From the IMG/VR virus record IMGVR_UViG_3300024505_000605: a stretch of DNA of 20,000 nucleotides; one strand, given 5' to 3'. Made by a program: the position numbers and the translations under genes. Shown one piece after another: positions 15,076-20,000 of the stretch. The first letter of the stretch is position 1. Each line of letters opens with the position of its first letter. Under the pieces are notes generated by a model. It was not told where the DNA came from, searched no databases, and saw nothing but the letters and a program-made list of their open reading frames with translations. Source of the DNA: an uncultured virus (IMG/VR IMGVR_UViG_3300024505_000605) (taxonomy: Duplodnaviria; Heunggongvirae; Uroviricota; Caudoviricetes).

Positions 15076-17057
15076 TGCCACGTATCTACCGCCAAGCGGC
15101 GACTAACGCCAACACCCTTGCCCTCCGCAAGGACGAACAGGGCAACCTTGTCCGCCGCCCAACACTGGAACTATCCACTCCGCTTAAGCCAGCGGAAGTA
15201 GGGCAAACTATCCCCATTGTTTTCTGCAAACGTGTCAGCGGTGTAGGAGGCGCCTGGATCACCCCACCACTGGTACGCACCGGACTACAAAACTTAAACG
15301 AAAACGCCATATTTAGTCACGCTTTTCTACTGAGCGATGGTCAAATTACAGCGCCAGTTGCGGACTTTGATACCGATATTCTTATTGGCTATTACCCCTG
15401 GGGCGGTTATCCGGGTTTAGGCGATTTTATTACGAACCGCTTTCAAGAAGTTACATACGGATCGCTTCCTACAACTAATAATGTATACACGTATAACCTT
15501 ACTCAGTATTACGATCTAGAAACAAATACATACTACACAACGCCTGTAGCAGCTGGAGGTAACGCTTATTACCACAACGTAAGCGCGCCGATTACTGAAA
15601 CAGGCACAGGTACAGTAACAATCTCATCAAGCTCTCCTTTTTGCACGAGGCTTTCTTGGTTCACAACAATTTTCGGGGGCAATGAATTTACTGTTCAGTA
15701 CAACAACAACAACTCATTTACTGGGACTACAATACGCACACAAGGAAGCATATCTACTGTTACGTGGGATTACGAGTTCTCCGATGATACTGGCGTGTTA
15801 AGTTCAGGAAGTAGCTCCATCGGTGCAACTCGCCTTCGTAGCACTAGCGTACTTTTAACTACACTTAAAGTTACGCTTACCAACCCAGAGTACGTCCCCT
15901 TAGAGTACACTGATAACTTTCTTCCTAACACAACGTACGATAACTTTAATGTTATTGATCAACAAGTCTTTCGTGTAAACGAAACAATACGCAAGCCCTT
16001 TATTATCCCTGACCCCCTAAACCTTTCGCTTGTCTACCGAGAAACAACAACAGGCGACTTTAGCGGCATGACAGTTTTGGGCTTGAAGGGGGCCCATGAA
16101 ATGATTGACAAAACCGATCCTGTAAACGCATCAGTAACAGATGATCTTGTCGATCAAGTCAATAATTTCCACAATACCCAAGCCTCTGTATTCTGCTCTA
16201 ACGGGATCAACGTCTACAACTTAATTACAGCAACGACTGGCCCAAGTAACAATTACGCAGATCTCGTAAACCATCTAGGGCTTCAGTACACAGAAACAAT
16301 CTCAATGGATACGACGTCGCTAACCGCAGCGGCAAACTTTACCAACACAAACAACCTGTTTTTTAACGGCGCCCTCGTTGATGCCGTCAACTACAAAGAG
16401 TGGATCGAGTCAACAGCAGGATTTTTCTTGCTCGTTCCCTTAAACCTTGAATCTCGCATTGGTCTTCGCCCGGCACTGCCCGTAACCGGAGCCCACGCTA
16501 TCAACACTGGCGTACTAACTCCGGCTTATACATTTGACGAAGAGACAATTGTTGAAGGTACTTACGCCGTTGACTACATCCCGCTTTCCGAGCGCAAACC
16601 GTTTGAAGCGGTGATGCTGTGGCGCGACCAAGCGGACACAACTGGCGCAGGTTTCGATCAACCTTTTACAACAAGCCTCAAAGTTCGCTACGCCGCTGAT
16701 ACCGGAGTTTTGCCTCAAGAGCAGTACGACATGAGCGATTTCTGTGTAACTAGCGCCCATGCAGCACTCGCCGCAAAGTATTTCTTAGCGAAGCGCAAAC
16801 GCACCACGCATAACGTCTCATTCTCAACCGACATTTTCACCACACTGGGACTCAAGCCCGGCGATCTGATTGCGATTGAATTGGATCGTGTCACCAGCGA
16901 CGGCACCAGCCGCACTGAGACCAACCACTATTTGATCGACACGTTGACTCGGCGGATGGACGGCACAGCATCCATTACAGCCGAACACTTCCCGCTGAGT
17001 AGCGGCGCTAGTGTGATAGCAACGGACATTGTTAGCGGCAGCTTTACCGTCGTATGA
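15075..17057 (+). CDS. Tail tip / hub (central tail) protein
   Basis: 660 aa. N-terminal VGQTIPIVFCKR...GGAWITP; C-terminal AKYFLAKRK...H.VSF.T.....LKPGDLI, typical of tail hub proteins. Confidence 0.7.
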   Translation: MPRIYRQAATNANTLALRKDEQGNLVRRPTLELSTPLKPAEVGQTIPIVFCKRVSGVGGAWITPPLVRTGLQNLNENAIFSHAFLLSDGQITAPVADFDTDILIGYYPWGGYPGLGDFITNRFQEVTYGSLPTTNNVYTYNLTQYYDLETNTYYTTPVAAGGNAYYHNVSAPITETGTGTVTISSSSPFCTRLSWFTTIFGGNEFTVQYNNNNSFTGTTIRTQGSISTVTWDYEFSDDTGVLSSGSSSIGATRLRSTSVLLTTLKVTLTNPEYVPLEYTDNFLPNTTYDNFNVIDQQVFRVNETIRKPFIIPDPLNLSLVYRETTTGDFSGMTVLGLKGAHEMIDKTDPVNASVTDDLVDQVNNFHNTQASVFCSNGINVYNLITATTGPSNNYADLVNHLGLQYTETISMDTTSLTAAANFTNTNNLFFNGALVDAVNYKEWIESTAGFFLLVPLNLESRIGLRPALPVTGAHAINTGVLTPAYTFDEETIVEGTYAVDYIPLSERKPFEAVMLWRDQADTTGAGFDQPFTTSLKVRYAADTGVLPQEQYDMSDFCVTSAHAALAAKYFLAKRKRTTHNVSFSTDIFTTLGLKPGDLIAIELDRVTSDGTSRTETNHYLIDTLTRRMDGTASITAEHFPLSSGASVIATDIVSGSFTVV

Positions 17058-17440
17058 CCGCCTTCCCCGCGCTAACACCAGCAGCCCGTTCCTGGACACC
17101 TGGAACGAAGCCGATCAGCACATTTATGAGCATGGGCGGCCGTGAAATCCGTTTCCGCCACGGCAGTCGCACTGTCGGACAACGCCTGACCTTGGAATTC
17201 ACCAACGTCACTGAAGCCGTCGGCAAACAAATCACCGATCACTACGAAACCGTCGATACCACCTTCGAATCGTTCACCGTCCCGGCTGCTGTTTATGGCG
17301 GCATGGACGGCTACGACTACATCATTTCCGCCGGCAACGAATGGCGCTACGCCGGTCCACCACAAGTCACTTACAACTCCCCCGGCTACCAAACAGTCAG
17401 CGTGGAACTTATTGGCGTCGTCGCCCCGCCTAGCCCATGA
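17054..17440 (+). CDS. Minor tail protein (distal-tail-like)
   Basis: 128 aa: FPALTP..RSW.PG, LTLEF.N, HY......F.SF and WRYAGPPQV. ATGA coupling. Confidence 0.6.
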   Translation: MTAFPALTPAARSWTPGTKPISTFMSMGGREIRFRHGSRTVGQRLTLEFTNVTEAVGKQITDHYETVDTTFESFTVPAAVYGGMDGYDYIISAGNEWRYAGPPQVTYNSPGYQTVSVELIGVVAPPSP

Positions 17441-17865
17441 GCACCCGCTACTTCACCGGAATTGATGGTGCGCTGCTAATTGGCGGCACCCAAATCGCCA
17501 AAGTGCGCAGCTGGAGCCTATCGGCAACTGCCGACACTATCGAAACCACCACAACTGCCGACTACGCCCGCACCTACGTTTTCGGCCGCCAAGGCTGGAG
17601 CGGCAGCTGCACCGTTCTGTATTACGAAAACAGCGCTGGGGCATTGGCGATGCAACCGCTGCTGGCTAACACGATCCGCACAACGTCACTGCCCAGCACA
17701 ACGACGCATGTTTTGAAGTTGCAGCTGACCTCAGCTCGCGCCATCCAGGCCAATGTGCTGATCAACTCTGCCTCGATTAGCGCCAGTAGCGGTGAAGTTG
17801 TGGAGGTTTCCGTAGACTTCGTTGTGACAGGGCTGCTGACCGAAGCCACGATGGGGGCCTCCTGA
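17437..17865 (+). CDS. Tail-tube-like minor protein
   Basis: TGIDGAL....IAKVRSWSLSATADTIETTT.....TYVFG...WSGS resembles the tube core of 10378-11145. Confidence 0.65.
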   Translation: MSTRYFTGIDGALLIGGTQIAKVRSWSLSATADTIETTTTADYARTYVFGRQGWSGSCTVLYYENSAGALAMQPLLANTIRTTSLPSTTTHVLKLQLTSARAIQANVLINSASISASSGEVVEVSVDFVVTGLLTEATMGAS

Positions 17866-18728
17866 TGTCTGGCATCTATCTCGGCAATGGCGGCCTAATA
17901 AAACTACGCCGACTATCCGGGCGTTCCTTCAATTCAGTAATCGACGACAATGCAGTAAACGTCTCAGCTGGGCGACTGGAACTTGACTTCGGCTCGAACG
18001 TATTTACAACTGGCGACCGAGTATCAATTACCAGCGCAAGTCCGCTTGACTTCATTAACGGCTACACACAAAACTCTGTAAGTGCCTACGTCAACGTAGA
18101 CACCTTGGGCGGAATTCGCCTCTACGACACTTGGAAAAAGTCCATCAATAATGACCCCAACGAAGCATTTGTACTGGCCGATCCAGCAAGCCCCTATACA
18201 GCAACATTTGAACTTCTAGGTGATGGCTACCGCGACCTAGGCCAAATTCTCTCGTACACACTTAGCACCAGCAGAAATTCCGTAGACGTCACAGCGCTAG
18301 GTGACGCTTACTCCGCACAAATAGGAACGCTAATCAGCGGTAGTGGCAGCATTGAGTGCCTATGGGATTACAGCGCTGGTGCGGGAGACGTCGAAAATTC
18401 GATGTACTTCCACCAGCTAATCCTGCGTCAACAACTAGGCAGCACCTTCAAAGCAGCCCTGGTACTAAAAACTGCAGATAGCGCCCCAGTTGGAGGCGTC
18501 AGCGGCAACCCCACGGAATCGCTGTACTACTTAATTAACGCTGTCGTCACAAATGTGGCGATGTCCTTTGAGCCTTCAGAGCCCGTTCGGTCCACGATTG
18601 ATTTTGCAACGACCGGACTGATCGCAATCCGTTACGGCGACGTAGCAGACGCGCTACTTCTGCAAGAGTCAGAAGACGAAATCCTGCTGGAGCAAAGCTC
18701 AGGCAGCTTGGAGCTTGAAGCGGCTTAA
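17865..18728 (+). CDS. Tail-tube-like protein with an inserted domain
   Basis: LGNGGLI N-terminus, an insertion, then LGQILSYTLSTSRNSVDVTALGD......LISGSGSIEC...LRQQLGSTFK, matching the major tail protein layout. Confidence 0.65.
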   Translation: MSGIYLGNGGLIKLRRLSGRSFNSVIDDNAVNVSAGRLELDFGSNVFTTGDRVSITSASPLDFINGYTQNSVSAYVNVDTLGGIRLYDTWKKSINNDPNEAFVLADPASPYTATFELLGDGYRDLGQILSYTLSTSRNSVDVTALGDAYSAQIGTLISGSGSIECLWDYSAGAGDVENSMYFHQLILRQQLGSTFKAALVLKTADSAPVGGVSGNPTESLYYLINAVVTNVAMSFEPSEPVRSTIDFATTGLIAIRYGDVADALLLQESEDEILLEQSSGSLELEAA

Positions 18729-18751
18729 ACTGTACACACGGAGGCTTTGCT

Positions 18752-20000
18752 ATGGCCAATCTCAAGATCAGTCAGCTGGCAGCCATAGCGGAAGCGGACG
18801 TTGTATCCGCCGACGTTTTGGCTGTTGCGGATATTTCGGCAACTGAGACCAAAAAGATCACCGCCGCCGACCTCGTAAAGGCTGGCGCCCGACTGAACGC
18901 CGGTCCAGTCACCTTTGGCGATGACGTTGTTATCAACGGCGACCTCACGGTCAATGGCACCAGCACAACGATTGAAAGCACCACGCTTGTCGTCGAAGAC
19001 AAAAATATCGAGCTTGGCGCAGTCGCTACTCCCACCGATGTAACTGCTGACGGTGGCGGCGTAATACTGCTTGGCACACTGCCCAAGCTTCTGGTTTGGT
19101 CCAATTCGACCGACTCTTGGACAAGCAGCGAGCACATTGACCTCGCCAGCGGCAAGAGCTACTACATCAACGGCAGCCAGGTCTTAAGTAGCACAACACT
19201 CGGCAGCGGCGTTACAGGCTCCAGCCTCACCAGCCTCGGCACCGTCACCACAGGCACCTGGAGTGCTTCGACCATTGCCGTCAACAAGGGCGGAACTGGT
19301 CAAACCAGCTACACCGACGGTCAGCTGCTGATTGGTAACAGCACAGGTAACACGCTGACGAAAGCGACCCTGACCGCTGGAACCGGCGTCACGATCACCA
19401 ACGGCAACGGCTCAATCACCATTTCAGCCGCTGGATCTGGTGGAACAGTCACCGGCGTCACCGGCACTGCTCCAATCGCAAGTTCGGGTGGCACAGCCCC
19501 TGATATTTCGCTGAGTCTTAAGGCGAATGGCGGTCTTGTTACCGAGACCAATGCACTGGCTGTTGACCTTGGCGCCAGCAGCATCACTGGAACACTTGGT
19601 GTTGCAGACGGCGGCACCGGGCAAACCACCTATACCGACGGTCAACTGCTGATCGGCAATAGCACCGGCAACACCCTTACCAAAGCAACACTGAGTGCCG
19701 GTACCGGCATCACAATCACGAACGGCAGCGGTTCGATCTCCGTAGCCGGCACCGCCGCTTCTACTTCTGTTGCCGGCGTCGTACAACTAACGGATAGCAC
19801 CAGCAGCACTAGCACTACAACTGCTGCTACTCCCAACAGCGTCAAGTCCGCATACGACCTGGCCAACGCAGCGCTCCCCAAAGCCGGTGGAACGCTTACA
19901 GGCGATCTACTGCTGGATAACCAGTCAGATCTGCGTTTCGGGGAAGCCACCGGACATGGCGGCAACTGGGTTGCTTTCCAAGCACCCTCCACAGTTGCAA
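18752..20000 (+). CDS. Tail fibre protein, 3'-truncated by the window edge
   Basis: GGAGG RBS at 18740-18744 and ATG at 18752 (MANLKISQL); open to the end of the window. G/T/S-rich repeats and the fibre repeat ASTSVAGVVQLTDS...AATPNSVKSAYDLA. Confidence 0.88.
   Translation, partial: MANLKISQLAAIAEADVVSADVLAVADISATETKKITAADLVKAGARLNAGPVTFGDDVVINGDLTVNGTSTTIESTTLVVEDKNIELGAVATPTDVTADGGGVILLGTLPKLLVWSNSTDSWTSSEHIDLASGKSYYINGSQVLSSTTLGSGVTGSSLTSLGTVTTGTWSASTIAVNKGGTGQTSYTDGQLLIGNSTGNTLTKATLTAGTGVTITNGNGSITISAAGSGGTVTGVTGTAPIASSGGTAPDISLSLKANGGLVTETNALAVDLGASSITGTLGVADGGTGQTTYTDGQLLIGNSTGNTLTKATLSAGTGITITNGSGSISVAGTAASTSVAGVVQLTDSTSSTSTTTAATPNSVKSAYDLANAALPKAGGTLTGDLLLDNQSDLRFGEATGHGGNWVAFQAPSTVA
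19289..19738 (+). repeat. Two 129-nt diverged direct repeats in the tail fibre (19289-19417 and 19610-19738)
   Basis: GGTGQT(S/T)YTDGQLLIGNSTGNTLTKATL(T/S)AGTG(V/I)TITNG(N/S)GSI, 39/43 aa identical, with mostly third-position nucleotide differences. Confidence 0.9.

Noticed and set aside
15699..15713. Short (AAC)n tract
   Set aside because: Encodes NNNN in frame and is too short to suggest phase variation.
19289..19738. Possible diversity-generating retroelement template/variable repeat pair
   Set aside because: Mismatches are synonymous third-position changes, not adenine-specific. Both copies are in-frame coding and there is no reverse transcriptase in the window.
18547..19992. Several minus-strand ORFs over the tail fibre region
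   Set aside because: Shadows of the + strand fibre gene, which is missing from the track only because it has no stop inside the window.
1..20000. GGCGCC hexamer as a host-type iterated palindrome
   Set aside because: I saw roughly a dozen copies by eye, not clearly above expectation for this GC content; a proper count would be needed.

Overview
The window is the virion morphogenesis module of a tailed dsDNA phage with a long non-contractile tail (siphovirus-like). A picocyanobacterial host is my impression from the gene families, not something the sequence proves. Gene order on +: two small ORFs, portal, SPP1 gp7/MuF-like head morphogenesis protein, a cluster of small proteins, scaffold, major capsid, decoration protein, head-tail adaptor, three tandem paralogous ~80-aa proteins, neck/terminator proteins, major tail tube, tail assembly chaperones with a -1 frameshift, tape measure, tail-tip proteins, two more tail-tube-like proteins and the start of a tail fibre. 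The standout is a 271-aa intein (3117-3929) in the conserved HxN|CR motif of the gp7/MuF gene. Its interior has no recognisable endonuclease in the sense frame. Instead, a 249-aa HTH + NUMOD3-like + Vsr/DUF559-type nuclease gene lies on the opposite strand, entirely inside the intein and codon-aligned with it. A candidate -10 box (TAAAAT) for that gene is written into the intein's last codons. This looks like an intein whose homing endonuclease is antisense-encoded. Other observations: TAC-loop hairpins in the scaffold and capsid leaders, a terminator inside a small ORF, -10-like boxes fused to stop codons, and a structured intergenic element upstream of the portal. All family assignments are from motif recognition; no searches were run.
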